A stretch of DNA of 64,000 bases from Candidatus Omnitrophota bacterium (GCA_023140385.1 JAGLLT010000021.1:1068-65067); one strand, 5' to 3'. Shown: positions 17,587 through 28,444, numbered from the stretch's first letter. Notes: generated by a model from the sequence alone, not told the origin. Program-made: numbers and translations.

Positions 17587-19068
17587 TTAAGCAACTTTTT
17601 TGATTTTTTTAGTTTTTTTAATAACTTTCAGAAAGGCCTTAACGATTTTTGGGTCAAATTGCGTGCCGCTATTTTTGTTTATTTCTTTTATTGCCTGGTC
17701 GATAGATTTAGCTCTGCGATACGGCCTCTTGGTTATCATGGCGTCAAAGGCGTCAACAATCGACAATATTCTGGCGCCGATTGGTATTTCTTTACCCTTT
17801 AATCCTTCCGGATAACCGGAGCCGTCATATTTTTCACGGTGATAAAGAATGATCGGTATGGCCGGCTCTAAAACTTTAAGATGCTTGAGAATCGACGCGC
17901 TTTTTGTAGGATGCTGTTTTATCATTTTAAATTCTTTGCTTGTTAGTCTTGAGTTTTTTTGAAGAATTTTTTCAGGTATGCCTATTTTGCCGACGTCATG
18001 CAGTTTAACGGCGTAATTCAGGGCATTAATATTATCTTTGGATAAATTCAGTTCGTGGGCAATGTCGGTTATTAGTTTTTTAAATTTTGCCTCCGGTATA
18101 TGAGCCTGTCTGTAGATACCTGAAAGCGTTGTGAGCGATTTAATGCTTCCTACGGCTACCTTTTCCCGCTGTTTGTTTAGCCTCGCGTTTTTAATGGCAA
18201 CGACGGCTTGCTCAGACAAGGTACTTAGGATTTCCTGGTCAAAGTAATTAAAAGGTTTTTTATCTACTTTGTCAGCGACTACAATGACACCAAGAACATC
18301 TTCTTCTATAAGCGGCATTGCGAGACAATGTTCTGTTAACATGGGGATTGCTTTTTTAGCTGATTGGCCGGCCATGCCGTCACCGAATTTAATCTTATGG
18401 GTGTCTGATAACTGCCCTCTTGGAGTTACGCAGGCCATTGGTTTTAAACATCGCCCGTTTTTTTCCGTCAGATAAATGGAGCATTTTTTAACCTTCATTA
18501 CTTGAAGAGATAATCTTGCCAAGCGCGGCAAAAGATCCTTCAGATCAAGAGTAGTGCTTATGAGCCTGTGTATGGTGTGAATGGTCGAAAGGGCCGCTGT
18601 TCTGGGCTGAATGGTTTCATAGAGCCTTGTGAGCTCCATATCGTTCTGCATTTTTAAAACAGCGGTATTTAAATAAGACTGAAAAATTAGGCTGTACTCT
18701 TTCGCGTTTAAACATTGAATATCGGCGGTTATTACATAGCCAAACAGGTAGTTTTCGCTTAAAAATGGAAAAATGTACGCTGTTGAGTTAGCATCGTATT
18801 TAACTCCTACCGGATTATGACTTTTTTTAACTTTATGAAGCGAGGCATAGATAGTAATAAAAACTTTTTTATCTTTTTCCGACTTTTTATGCTTATTTAG
18901 AAAAGAGGCTGGGAATTTATCTTTAAACTCAGGAATCAACTGCGGGACTGTTTCTATTTCCAGCCAAACTGTTTTTTTTCCCCAGGCCTTGAGGAATACC
19001 TTTTTCATTTTTTGATATTCTTCAGAAGTGATTAAGTTATGAAATAATTCCCCTTTGTTTTTTTTCAT
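17587..19068 (-). CDS. GAF domain + HD-GYP phosphodiesterase (c-di-GMP turnover)
   Basis: C-terminal HDVGKIGIP...YHREKYDGSGYPEGLKG (HD and GYP motifs); GAF-like region upstream. Confidence 0.7.
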   Translation of the reverse strand: MKKNKGELFHNLITSEEYQKMKKVFLKAWGKKTVWLEIETVPQLIPEFKDKFPASFLNKHKKSEKDKKVFITIYASLHKVKKSHNPVGVKYDANSTAYIFPFLSENYLFGYVITADIQCLNAKEYSLIFQSYLNTAVLKMQNDMELTRLYETIQPRTAALSTIHTIHRLISTTLDLKDLLPRLARLSLQVMKVKKCSIYLTEKNGRCLKPMACVTPRGQLSDTHKIKFGDGMAGQSAKKAIPMLTEHCLAMPLIEEDVLGVIVVADKVDKKPFNYFDQEILSTLSEQAVVAIKNARLNKQREKVAVGSIKSLTTLSGIYRQAHIPEAKFKKLITDIAHELNLSKDNINALNYAVKLHDVGKIGIPEKILQKNSRLTSKEFKMIKQHPTKSASILKHLKVLEPAIPIILYHREKYDGSGYPEGLKGKEIPIGARILSIVDAFDAMITKRPYRRAKSIDQAIKEINKNSGTQFDPKIVKAFLKVIKKTKKIKKVA

Positions 19069-19095
19069 TTAACGCTATCCTTTTTTTCCGCGGGA

Positions 19096-20247
19096 TTAGA
19101 CTCTTTCATAAGGATCGAATAATTTTTTGTATTCATCGAGGGCGTACCTGTCGGTCATACCGGCCATATAATCGCAGATAACCCGGTACTTACCGTCCCT
19201 TTTTAAATACTTCAGCCTGGCTTGAGGCATTAAGGCCGGTTGTTTTATGTATATTTTAAATAAATCATGTAAAAACCTGGTCGACTTATCAGACATTCTG
19301 ATTACATGAGGATGCATATAAAGATTGTCGTATAAAAATTTAGCGGCTTCCGCTTTTTGTTTATTGAAAACCGGACTAAAGGTTACTATCGCTTTCTTTT
19401 GATTGATTGCTTTTTGGCTGGATGTTATTTTAGCCATCTTTAATTTTTTATTAGTTTCTTCAATTAAATCAGAAACGTAATAATTAATCATTTCTCTTAT
19501 CGTAAGATGTCTTATTGCTTCTTCATCAGCCCTTCGATATTTTTGGTTGACTTTTCTTTGAGCTAATTTCCAGATTTTAATTTTATCAAGATTTTCCATA
19601 GAAATCAAGCCGGAAGTTATACCGTCATCTAAATCATGATTATTATAAGCTATTTCATCGGCAACGTTTACGACTTGAGCTTCCAATGATGGGTTTTTTT
19701 TAGGGTTGAAACTAGAAGTCCTGGGTGTATCGTATATGCTTTTGTGTTTTATTATTCCTTCTCTTACCTCCCAGCTTAAGTTTAGTCCTTTAAAGTCGGG
19801 GTGTTTCTCTTCCAGATAGTCAACGATTCTGAGAGCCTGCAAATTATGCTCAAAGCCGCCATTTTTTTTCATCATTTCATTCAGCGCTTTTTCACCGGAG
19901 TGGCCAAAAGGCGTATGCCCTATGTCATGAGCCAGAGCGATGGCCTCGACCAGGTCTTCATTTAGCCCAAGAGCGCGAGCTATGGTTCGCGCGATCTGAG
20001 TTACTTCCAGGGTATGAGTTAGGCGGGTCCGGTAATGGTCGCCTTCATAGTTTACAAAAACCTGTGTTTTATACTGGAGCCGCCTGAAGGCCGTAGAATA
20101 AGTAATTCTGTCTTTATCGCGCTGATAGGCTGTGCGGTAAGGATGTTCACTTTCCTTGTGAACCCTACCCCTGCTTTGGCTGCTTTTTGCGGCGTAATTA
20201 GCCAGATATTGTTCTTCTTTTTTTTCAGTATCTTTACGAGTTATCAT
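19096..20247 (-). CDS. dgt: dGTPase-like HD-domain triphosphohydrolase
   Basis: TRLTHTLEVTQIARTIARALGLNEDLVEAIALAHDIGHTPFGHSGE. Confidence 0.8.
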   Translation of the reverse strand: MITRKDTEKKEEQYLANYAAKSSQSRGRVHKESEHPYRTAYQRDKDRITYSTAFRRLQYKTQVFVNYEGDHYRTRLTHTLEVTQIARTIARALGLNEDLVEAIALAHDIGHTPFGHSGEKALNEMMKKNGGFEHNLQALRIVDYLEEKHPDFKGLNLSWEVREGIIKHKSIYDTPRTSSFNPKKNPSLEAQVVNVADEIAYNNHDLDDGITSGLISMENLDKIKIWKLAQRKVNQKYRRADEEAIRHLTIREMINYYVSDLIEETNKKLKMAKITSSQKAINQKKAIVTFSPVFNKQKAEAAKFLYDNLYMHPHVIRMSDKSTRFLHDLFKIYIKQPALMPQARLKYLKRDGKYRVICDYMAGMTDRYALDEYKKLFDPYERV

Positions 20248-21509
20248 TGTTTCGCGACTAACTTAAGAAGCTCCTTTTTATCTACACTGGTTTGTGTGTG
20301 TTTGGCCATATCTTTTACTGTAAATGTTTTGCTTTTAAGTTCATTTTCACCTATTATTATTACATATCCGGCTTCGAGCCGGTTAGCTTGGCGCATCTGC
20401 GCTTTAAGAGATTTAATTTCATAAGCCATATGAGCCTGAATGCCGGTTTGTCTGATGTGATGGAGTATTTCAAAACTCATTTCATATGAAGGCTCATCTA
20501 AAGCGGCGATATAAACCGTTTTAGCTTTGTTTATTTTAAATTCGATATTTTCAGATTCGCAGGCAAGCAGCAGTCTTTCAATGCCGAAAGCGAAACCGCA
20601 GGCACCCATCTCAGGCCCTCCAAAAGAACTGATAAGGTTATCGTAGCGACCGCCGCCGCATATGGCGTTTTGAGCTCCTAAGCCTGTATGGGTGAGTTCA
20701 AAAGTTGTGCCGGTATAATAATCCAAGCCTCTTACCAGAAACCGGTTTTCTTTAAACGGTATTTTTAATTGTTTAAGAATTTTTTTTAATTTTTCATAGT
20801 GATTAAGGCATTTTTCACAGATGCAATCAAATGGTGTCGGAAAATCATCCATCAATTCGCGGCAAGTTGGATTTTTGCAGTCCAATATTCTTAAAGGATT
20901 GTTTTTGATTCTGCGTTGGCAATTAACGCATAATTTAGATATTAGACGCGGTTTATTTTCGGCGATTTTCGCGAGCCGCTTTTTATATTTATGCCTGTCA
21001 TTTCCGCAACCGAGGGAGTTGATTTGAATCTCATAGTTTTTGAGTTTAAGAGTTTTGACGATCTCATCCATTAAAGCGATAATCTCCGCGTCAAGATAAG
21101 GGCTGTAAGATCCTATAGCTTCAGCTCCGAACTGATGAAATTGCCTATAACGGCCCGCTTGAGGGCGCTCACTTCTGAACATGGGCCCTATGTAGAAAAA
21201 TTTTGCCAAACCGGTTTGCTTATCAATGTTATGTTCTATATATGCTCTAGCTACGGAGGGGGTTTCTTCCGGCCTAAGCGATATACTGCGATTGGCGTTA
21301 TCGGAAAAAGTGAACATTTCTTTTTGGACAATATCGGTTTCTTCGCCAATACTTCTTTTAAATAAAGACGTATGTTCAATGATGGGGGTACGAATTTCCT
21401 GATAACCGTAGCACTCAAATATTCGGCGGGCGGACTCCTCCAGGTGGCGCCACTTGTTTATCTTTGGAGACAATATATCGTTTGTGCCTTTAAGGGATTT
21501 GATTTTCAT
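20244..21509 (-). CDS. hisS: histidine--tRNA ligase
   Basis: Class II aaRS motifs: N-terminal KGTNDILSP, FRSERPQAGRYRQFHQFGAEAIG, GGGRYDNLI. Confidence 0.9.
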   Translation of the reverse strand: MKIKSLKGTNDILSPKINKWRHLEESARRIFECYGYQEIRTPIIEHTSLFKRSIGEETDIVQKEMFTFSDNANRSISLRPEETPSVARAYIEHNIDKQTGLAKFFYIGPMFRSERPQAGRYRQFHQFGAEAIGSYSPYLDAEIIALMDEIVKTLKLKNYEIQINSLGCGNDRHKYKKRLAKIAENKPRLISKLCVNCQRRIKNNPLRILDCKNPTCRELMDDFPTPFDCICEKCLNHYEKLKKILKQLKIPFKENRFLVRGLDYYTGTTFELTHTGLGAQNAICGGGRYDNLISSFGGPEMGACGFAFGIERLLLACESENIEFKINKAKTVYIAALDEPSYEMSFEILHHIRQTGIQAHMAYEIKSLKAQMRQANRLEAGYVIIIGENELKSKTFTVKDMAKHTQTSVDKKELLKLVAKQ

Positions 21510-21577
21510 ATGGGGTGTTTTGATGTAGATTAACCGTAGTTTTTAGTATTAAAACCGTTTATATTAAAAATAAATAG

Positions 21578-21850
21578 CTATTTAATCATCTTTTTCATTA
21601 TTAAACCGGGTTTAAATATAACCACCTTTTTGGGCGGAACCGGAACAACTTCGCCGGTTCGGGGATTTCTTCCTGTTCTTCCCCGCCTTTGCTTTATTTT
21701 AAAAACACCGAAATTACGCAACTCTACTTTTTTGCCTTCTTGTAGGTTTTCAATGATGCATTGAAGTATCTTTTGTACTACCCTTTTGACGTCAATTTGT
21801 TTGATTTTGGTTTCACTTGCTATTCTTAAGACAATGTCTTTTTTTGTCAT
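21578..21850 (-). CDS. HU/IHF family DNA-binding protein
   Basis: 90 aa with RNFGVFKIKQRRGRTGRNPRTGEVVPVPPKKVVIFKPG. Confidence 0.85.
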   Translation of the reverse strand: MTKKDIVLRIASETKIKQIDVKRVVQKILQCIIENLQEGKKVELRNFGVFKIKQRRGRTGRNPRTGEVVPVPPKKVVIFKPGLIMKKMIK

Positions 21851-21921
21851 CTGCCATCCTCCCCCATTTTTCTAACTCTTTATGTTTCTAAGAGTAATAT
21901 ATCATATTGGAACCAAATATG

Positions 21922-24900
21922 TCAAGCGCAAACTTCAATAAATACGGCATCTTGCCCGACCAATTTCTCTATACGGTTAATTAAGGCTTCATCAGCCTTA
22001 ACCTTTATATCTGAGTTGGCCAGTATTTTTTGATTTTTGCCTTGCGGGCTTATGAAGTTCAAATAAACCGGAGTTCTTCCCGGATGTACTGCCAGCACTT
22101 CCTTTAACTCTTTTAAAGTTTTTTCTTCCAGGCCCGCGGTCAGAAGTTTAATTTCGAGGCTTGAGGTATATTTGGTTCTGGCTTCTTTTATGGAAATAAT
22201 CTCGTCAGCGATAATCTTGGGAGTTTCTTCGCGTAAATTCAACCTCCCTTTAATAAAAACAATAGCATCAATCTTTATAAAATTTGAACATTTTGCGTAT
22301 GACTTTGGAAAAACAAGCACGTCTGTCTGGCCGCTCAGGTCTTCAAGCCTGACAATGGCCATTTTTTCACCCTTTTTTTTGGTAACCGTTTGCTTTATTT
22401 TGGCGATAACCCCCGCAATGGTTATTTCACTGCCGTCTTTACCCGTAGATAAACGTGATATCTGTAGTTTTGAGAAAAACTTAAGAGTTTTTTCGTATTT
22501 TGCCAGTGGATGGCCGGTTATATAAAAGCCTAACATATCTTTTTCGTAGGCCAATAGTTGATTTTCCGGCCATTCATCAATTTGCGGTATTTCTTTGAAG
22601 GTCTTTCCAAAGCTTCCCTCCTCTTGCGGCCCGTCCAAGAAAGAAAGTTGGCCGCTGGCCTTATCCTTTTGTATGCTGCAAGCCGCATCCATAACTTTAT
22701 CCAGTATTGCCGTTAGCTGTGACCTGTAGAGTCTGAAGCTATGAAAAGCGCCGCATTTAATCAGGCTTTCAATCACTCTTCTATTAACCAGCCTTGAATC
22801 AATCCGCTTGCACAAATCATATAGGGACTTAAAATTGCCTTCTTTTAACCTCGCCTTTATTATTGAATTTATAGCTCCTTCGCCGACATTTTTCACAGCG
22901 GATAGGCCGAAGCGTATAGCTTTTTTTTCCTTTATTACCGTAAACTCAGAGAAACTTTCATTTACGTCGGGAGGAAGTATTTCAATCCCTAATTTTTTAG
23001 CATCTTCAATGTAGAGAGCTATCTTATCCATATCATTTTTTTCACTGCTCAAGAGCGCGGTCATGAATTCCACGGGGTAATTTGCCTTAAGATAGGCTGT
23101 TTGATAGGCTATAGCCGCGTAGCAAGTTGTATGCGCCTTATTGAAGCCGTAACCTGTAAAATGAGATATGAGGGTAAAGATTTCTTCCGCCTTGTTTTTG
23201 TTAATGCCTCCGGCCGCGGCGCCTTTGATAAAATCGCCGTGAAGCTCCTCCATCTCTTCAGGCCTTTTTTTACTGATGGCGCGCATAAGGATATCAGCCT
23301 GGGCAAGAGAAAAACCCGCCAATTTGATACCCATGACCATAATTTGATCCTGGTGCAAAAGTACTCCGTATGTATCTTTAAGTATCGGTTTAAGCTGAGG
23401 ATGAACGTAGACTACGGGAACCTTGCCATGTTTCCTTTTAATAAATTCGTCTACCAGGCCGCTGCCCAGCGGCCCCGGGCGATATAGCGCCAGAAGCGCG
23501 ACGATATCATCAAAAACCTCAGGTTTCAGTTTTCTCAGAAGATCCCTCATTCCTGAACTTTCAAGCTGAAAAACGCCCATTGATTTTGCCGCGCTTAGGA
23601 GTTTATAGGTTTTCTTGTCATTAAGGGGTAGGCCGTTAATGTCGATGGTATCGCCCCGCACCCTTTTTACAATCTTACATGCTTTATCGATAACAGTTAG
23701 TGTCTTGAGTCCCAAGAAATCCATCTTAACCAGGCCGATTTTCTTTAGTGATTCCATATCGTAACCGGTTGTAATCTGATCATCGGCTGTTTTAAACAGG
23801 GGTATGTGATTTGTCAAATCATCTTCAGAGATAACGACTCCTGCCGCGTGCATCGAAGCGTGCCTTTTTAATCCCTCAAGCGTCTTTGAAGTGTTAATTA
23901 ATTGGGCGATTTTCTCATCGTTTTCGTATAATTTTTTTAAGTCAGGTTCTAATTTCAAGGCTTTATTAAGAGTCATCTTTGGGTCTGACGGTATCATCTT
24001 TGCTATTTTATCAGCCTCGTTATAGGAGAGGCTCATAACCCTGGCGACGTCTCTGATAACGGCCCTGGCCGCCATGCTTCCAAAGGTAATTATCTGAGCC
24101 ACGTTTCTCTTGCCGTATTTATTTGCTACATAATCAATAACTTCCTGCCTGCGTTCATAGCAAAAGTCTATATCAATATCAGGCAGGCTGATTCTCTCGG
24201 GATTGAGAAATCTTTCAAAGATTAAATTATGCTGAATGGGATCTATGCCTGTAATGTCAAGAACATAGGCGACTACGCTGCCCGCGGCGGATCCCCTGCC
24301 CGGGCCTACGGGGATGTTTTGACTTTTAGCAAACTTTACAAAGTCCCAAACCATTAGGAAATAACTTGTAAATCCGGCATTTTCGATGATATTTAACTCA
24401 TAATCAAGCCTTTTTTTCAAATTTTCGTTAATAGTCGTATACTTTTTTTTTGCTCCTTCAAGGCAGAGATTTGTCAGGTATTCATTACTGTTTATGCCGT
24501 TCGGAGTCTTATAGCGCGGTAAATGGTCTTTATCAAAGGACAGTTCCAGATTACATCTTTCTGTAATCTCTATAGTATTTCTTATAGCTTCCGGCGTTTC
24601 TTTAAAGAGTTCTTTCATTTCCTGGGGGCTCTTGAAGTAAAATTCGTTGGTACTTAGCCTCATTCTGCCGGGGTCATCTAAGGTTGTTTGTGTCTGCAGG
24701 CAGAGAAGCGCTTCGTGCGCTTGAGCATGCTCTTTTTTTATATAATGAACGTCATTAGTGGCTACTAGAGGAATGTTTATTTCTTTGGAAAGGCGAATAA
24801 GAAGTTTATTGACCTTCTTTTGTTCTTTAAGGCCGTGATCTTGTATTTCCAGATAAAAGTTTTTACTGAAAATACCGGCAAGCTCGCCGATATAATTTAC

Positions 24901-25374
24901 AGCTTTATCAACTTTGTCCTTGAGTAATAGCTGGGGGATAGTTCCTTTTAAGCAGCCGCTTAAGGCTATTATTCCGCGGCTGTGTTCAGAGAGCATTTCT
25001 TTATCAACTCGCGGCTTATAATAGAAACCTTCTGTGTAGCCGGCGGAGACCAGCTTCATCAGATTTTGATAGCCTGTTTCATCTTTAGCTAAAAGGGTAA
25101 TGTGGTTGGCGGCTCCTCTTGCTCCTCCTGATGATTTATCAAACCTTGATTTCGGCGCCAGGTACATTTCGGCGCCGATTATCGGTTTTATTCCCTGCTT
25201 CATCGCGTGGGTATAAAAGTGGATGGCTCCGAACATATTGCCGTGGTCAGTAATTGCCGCCGCCGGCATTTTAAATTCGCGCGCTGTTTCCATTATATCT
25301 TCAATGCGGCAGGCACCGTCTAAAAGACTGTACAAAGTATGAGTATGTAGATGAACAAAATCAGAATGTTTCAT
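21922..25374 (-). CDS. dnaE: DNA polymerase III alpha subunit
   Basis: 1150 aa; N-terminal PHP (HLHTHTLYSLLDGA), polymerase core, OB-fold. Confidence 0.95.
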   Translation of the reverse strand: MKHSDFVHLHTHTLYSLLDGACRIEDIMETAREFKMPAAAITDHGNMFGAIHFYTHAMKQGIKPIIGAEMYLAPKSRFDKSSGGARGAANHITLLAKDETGYQNLMKLVSAGYTEGFYYKPRVDKEMLSEHSRGIIALSGCLKGTIPQLLLKDKVDKAVNYIGELAGIFSKNFYLEIQDHGLKEQKKVNKLLIRLSKEINIPLVATNDVHYIKKEHAQAHEALLCLQTQTTLDDPGRMRLSTNEFYFKSPQEMKELFKETPEAIRNTIEITERCNLELSFDKDHLPRYKTPNGINSNEYLTNLCLEGAKKKYTTINENLKKRLDYELNIIENAGFTSYFLMVWDFVKFAKSQNIPVGPGRGSAAGSVVAYVLDITGIDPIQHNLIFERFLNPERISLPDIDIDFCYERRQEVIDYVANKYGKRNVAQIITFGSMAARAVIRDVARVMSLSYNEADKIAKMIPSDPKMTLNKALKLEPDLKKLYENDEKIAQLINTSKTLEGLKRHASMHAAGVVISEDDLTNHIPLFKTADDQITTGYDMESLKKIGLVKMDFLGLKTLTVIDKACKIVKRVRGDTIDINGLPLNDKKTYKLLSAAKSMGVFQLESSGMRDLLRKLKPEVFDDIVALLALYRPGPLGSGLVDEFIKRKHGKVPVVYVHPQLKPILKDTYGVLLHQDQIMVMGIKLAGFSLAQADILMRAISKKRPEEMEELHGDFIKGAAAGGINKNKAEEIFTLISHFTGYGFNKAHTTCYAAIAYQTAYLKANYPVEFMTALLSSEKNDMDKIALYIEDAKKLGIEILPPDVNESFSEFTVIKEKKAIRFGLSAVKNVGEGAINSIIKARLKEGNFKSLYDLCKRIDSRLVNRRVIESLIKCGAFHSFRLYRSQLTAILDKVMDAACSIQKDKASGQLSFLDGPQEEGSFGKTFKEIPQIDEWPENQLLAYEKDMLGFYITGHPLAKYEKTLKFFSKLQISRLSTGKDGSEITIAGVIAKIKQTVTKKKGEKMAIVRLEDLSGQTDVLVFPKSYAKCSNFIKIDAIVFIKGRLNLREETPKIIADEIISIKEARTKYTSSLEIKLLTAGLEEKTLKELKEVLAVHPGRTPVYLNFISPQGKNQKILANSDIKVKADEALINRIEKLVGQDAVFIEVCA

Positions 25375-25409
25375 AGTTTAAGCAGGGCTTGTTATTTTTT
25401 TAAGATGTG

Positions 25410-25901
25410 TTATTTGTCACAATGTTTTTTCTGAGTATCTTTTAATCTTTTATACAGTTCATCAAGAGCTTCCGGGACGACCTTGGTTTTGGCAATAATG
25501 GGCATAAAATTAGTATCACCCTGCCAGCGAGGCACAATATGAACGTGTAGATGTTCCGCGTAACCTGCTCCGGCGATACTCCCGATGTTTATGCCAATAT
25601 TAAAAGCGGATGGCTTAAGAACCGCTTTAAGCAAATTTATAGATTTATTAATCATCTCCATCAATTCTAATGCTTCCTCTTTATCGAGGCCATCCAGGTC
25701 TTGAATGTGGCGGTAAGGAGCTACCATGATATGGCCGTTATTGTAGGGGTATATATTTAACATTGAAAAGACATATCTGCCTTTGGTTACTATGTACTCT
25801 TTGTTACCGCTTTTGGATTTTGGCTTCAGGCAAAATATGCACCCCTTAGTTTTTTTTGACTTAGCATACTTCGCTCTCCATGGAGCCCAAAGTTTTTCCA
25901 T
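25410..25901 (-). CDS. HIT family hydrolase
   Basis: Histidine triad HLHVHIVPR. Confidence 0.8.
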   Translation of the reverse strand: MEKLWAPWRAKYAKSKKTKGCIFCLKPKSKSGNKEYIVTKGRYVFSMLNIYPYNNGHIMVAPYRHIQDLDGLDKEEALELMEMINKSINLLKAVLKPSAFNIGINIGSIAGAGYAEHLHVHIVPRWQGDTNFMPIIAKTKVVPEALDELYKRLKDTQKKHCDK

Positions 25902-25929
25902 TACTGCCTCCCTATCTCTTCTATCGTAC

Positions 25930-26197
25930 TGTCAAAATTATTTACCCTTTATACGTTTAAAAAACTCTAAACAAACTCTAAATCCTAATATCTAAATCCT
26001 AAATAATCTCAAAATTCTAATGCTCAAATGTTATAAACCTTAAGTGTTTTTGTTTTGGTCATTTGTATTTTGGACATTTGGATTTGTTTAGTGTTTCGGA
26101 TTTAGTATTTAGGATTTTCCTCTCCCTCCATGATAAAAATATTCCTTTTAAATCACTTAGTTTCCTTATAATTTATCATACAACTTGTGATATTACC
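25930..26197 (+). repeat. intergenic repeat family 1, copy B (no central insert; divergent 3' third)
   Basis: Shares the CTGTCAAAA..TTTATACGTTTAAAAAACTCTAAAC..TTTTGGTCATTTG..GGACATTTGGATTTG blocks and the 3' CATACAACTTGTGATATTACC block. Confidence 0.85.
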
Positions 26198-27185
26198 TGC
26201 ATCCGATAATGTAAAAGAAATAAACGGCTACAATAAAGATGATAAACATAAAGATAACATCCCACCCTAACTTTAAAAATGACTTTTTGCTGCGATAACT
26301 TATGCCGCTGATGATAATAGCGGAAAAAAGTATGCATAAGATGAGAGTAAATAAATGAGATAAGTCTATTACTGAGAGTATTTGATCTTTTCTGTAGCAA
26401 ATATCCGTTAAGGGAATTATGAGAGTATCAAAAAAGTTGCTGCCCAGAATGTTTCCGATTGCCATATTAACCGAACCCAGCCGCAAAGCGGTAATTGAGA
26501 CGATTAGTTCCGGCAAAGAGGTAACCACGGCCAGAAAGACAAGGCCGACAAAGTTGTCACTTAAAGGAGTGTTCTCCACTATAGCGGCGCCGCATTCGGC
26601 TATTTTCAGTCCTGATATGACAACGATAGCCGCCGAGATGCCAAACTTCAGCCAGAGCCGGCCTATAGTTTTTTTGCCGTTACTTTTTTCTTCATTTTTT
26701 TCCTGGCCGTGCTGATAAAGCATGCGTGTGGAAAAAATGAAGATGATGATAATCAGGTAGCTTTCATAGCCGATATTAAAAAACCCTAAATGGACTCCCG
26801 CTATTTCTCTTAGCAGGAGTGATAAAGAGATTATGGCAAGAATGCCAATGGTTATGCTTGCCGTCAGGATATGTTTTCTACCGGATAAAGAAAGTATGCC
26901 GCCTTTTCCCTGTATGAAGTCAAGGACGCCTATTATCATCAAGTTTATCAGGATGGAGCCCAGGACGTCGGAAGCGGCCATGTTGGGCAGGTCAACCATT
27001 ACGGCTGAACTAATGCTCGCGATGAGTTCAGGTAGAGAGGTTATGACAGCCAGAAATATTATACCGAACAGCGCTTCTGAAAAGAAGGTTTGTTTAGAAA
27101 TATCACGTCCGTAGACAGAGAGTTTGTAACCGAAGAAGATAATTAGTCCGGAAAAGAGCGCGAATTGCAAATAAACTGTAAGCAT
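26193..27185 (-). CDS. CaCA family sodium/calcium exchanger membrane protein (YrbG-like)
   Basis: Two alpha-repeat motifs GNILGSNFFDTLIIPL and ASDVLGSILINLMIIG; ~10 TM. Confidence 0.75.
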   Translation of the reverse strand: MLTVYLQFALFSGLIIFFGYKLSVYGRDISKQTFFSEALFGIIFLAVITSLPELIASISSAVMVDLPNMAASDVLGSILINLMIIGVLDFIQGKGGILSLSGRKHILTASITIGILAIISLSLLLREIAGVHLGFFNIGYESYLIIIIFIFSTRMLYQHGQEKNEEKSNGKKTIGRLWLKFGISAAIVVISGLKIAECGAAIVENTPLSDNFVGLVFLAVVTSLPELIVSITALRLGSVNMAIGNILGSNFFDTLIIPLTDICYRKDQILSVIDLSHLFTLILCILFSAIIISGISYRSKKSFLKLGWDVIFMFIIFIVAVYFFYIIGCR

Positions 27186-27196
27186 TTTGCTTCCCT

Positions 27197-27691
27197 TTAA
27201 CTGTTTAGTTTTATGATTTCTCCAACTACTTTATCAGAGACGCTTATGATGCCTATTGATTTGTAAGGAGAAAGTATACCGTCTGTCGGGCTGCCCGGGT
27301 TAAAAAATAGAATACCTTTGGTTGTTTCATTTAGCGGGCAGTGGGTATGCCCAAAAACAACCGCGTCAATTTTGATGCCGCAAAACTCCCGATGAACCGT
27401 TTCCAGGCGTTTTGACGCCCGCCCTAACTCGTGGATTAACCCAATTTTAAAATTGCCTACAGTTACTATTTTCTTTTGGGGGAGTTTCGCTTTTACGGCG
27501 AAAGAGTCCATATTGCCGGAGACGGCGGTAACAGAGGCTACTTTATTGAGTTGTTCTATAGCGCTTAATTCCGTGATATCTCCGGCATGCAGAATGAAGT
27601 CAACGCCTTTGAGCCGATCCAGTAGTTGTTTGGGGATTTGGGGGCAATTTGCCGGGATATGCGTATCTGATATAACACCGATTTTAATCAT
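27197..27691 (-). CDS. metallophosphoesterase (YfcE/MJ0936 family)
   Basis: GVISDTHIP, HAGDI, VVFGHTHCP motifs. Confidence 0.8.
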   Translation of the reverse strand: MIKIGVISDTHIPANCPQIPKQLLDRLKGVDFILHAGDITELSAIEQLNKVASVTAVSGNMDSFAVKAKLPQKKIVTVGNFKIGLIHELGRASKRLETVHREFCGIKIDAVVFGHTHCPLNETTKGILFFNPGSPTDGILSPYKSIGIISVSDKVVGEIIKLNS

Positions 27692-27733
27692 TTTTGTCTT
27701 CCCTTGTTGTTTTTCTTACCCCACCTACCGCTA

Positions 27734-28423
27734 TTATGGCAGATAATAAAATGGATTTTGAGGCTTGTGTCCTTTTCTTATCTCGAAATATAACTGGGGA
27801 GTTTCGCTTCTTCCGGTTGAGCCGACTTTAGCTATGACTTCCCCCTGCTTTACAGCCTGCCCCGCGGCAACTAAGTTCTCCGAATTATGCGCGTATACAG
27901 TAATAAATCCATCGTGATGGTCGATGATAATAGTCTTCCCCTTGCCCTTAACCTTATCTTCGCAAAAGGAAATTTCACCGGATCTGGCCGCCACAATCTT
28001 TACCCCTTCTTTAGCTTTTATTTTTATTCCCTTGCTTTTTATACCGTTATACCTTATACCGAATTGAGTTAGCACTCTACCTTTTACGGGCCAGATAAAA
28101 CCTGAGTCGGAAGTGAAAAACCTCTTATTGATTTTAGTATAAGCGTCTTTAGCCGCGTTAGGAATAAAGATCAACTGGCCGGAGTTGATTTTTGAGGCAT
28201 CGGGAATCTTATTGGCCGCGATAAGATCGCCTAATCTAATATTATAGTCCTTTGAAATACTCCACAAGGTTTCGTTGTTCGCGACCTTATGATATATTCC
28301 CGGAACAGAGGCTATATTGGACATCTTTGACATAGACTTCTTTTTTGCGGCACAGCCGCAAATTAACAGGATAAATGCCGCGATAACCGCTAAATCAAAA
28401 AGACGCTTTGCTAAAGTACTCAT
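27734..28423 (-). CDS. LysM + M23 family peptidase lipoprotein
   Basis: LysM (YHKVANNETLWSISKDYNI) plus M23 (HHDGFITVYAHN, PQLYFEIR); start moved to MSTLAKR... with lipobox LLICGC, because the longer ORF runs into tRNA-Gly. Confidence 0.75.
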   Translation of the reverse strand: MSTLAKRLFDLAVIAAFILLICGCAAKKKSMSKMSNIASVPGIYHKVANNETLWSISKDYNIRLGDLIAANKIPDASKINSGQLIFIPNAAKDAYTKINKRFFTSDSGFIWPVKGRVLTQFGIRYNGIKSKGIKIKAKEGVKIVAARSGEISFCEDKVKGKGKTIIIDHHDGFITVYAHNSENLVAAGQAVKQGEVIAKVGSTGRSETPQLYFEIRKGHKPQNPFYYLP

Positions 28424-28444
28424 AAGTGAAAATGACCTTTTTTT

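Noticed and set aside
19096-20247. dGTPase (dgt) as an anti-phage dGTPase defence gene
   Set aside because: It sits in housekeeping context (operonic with hisS), has normal composition and no island features. I treat it as the metabolic dGTP triphosphohydrolase.
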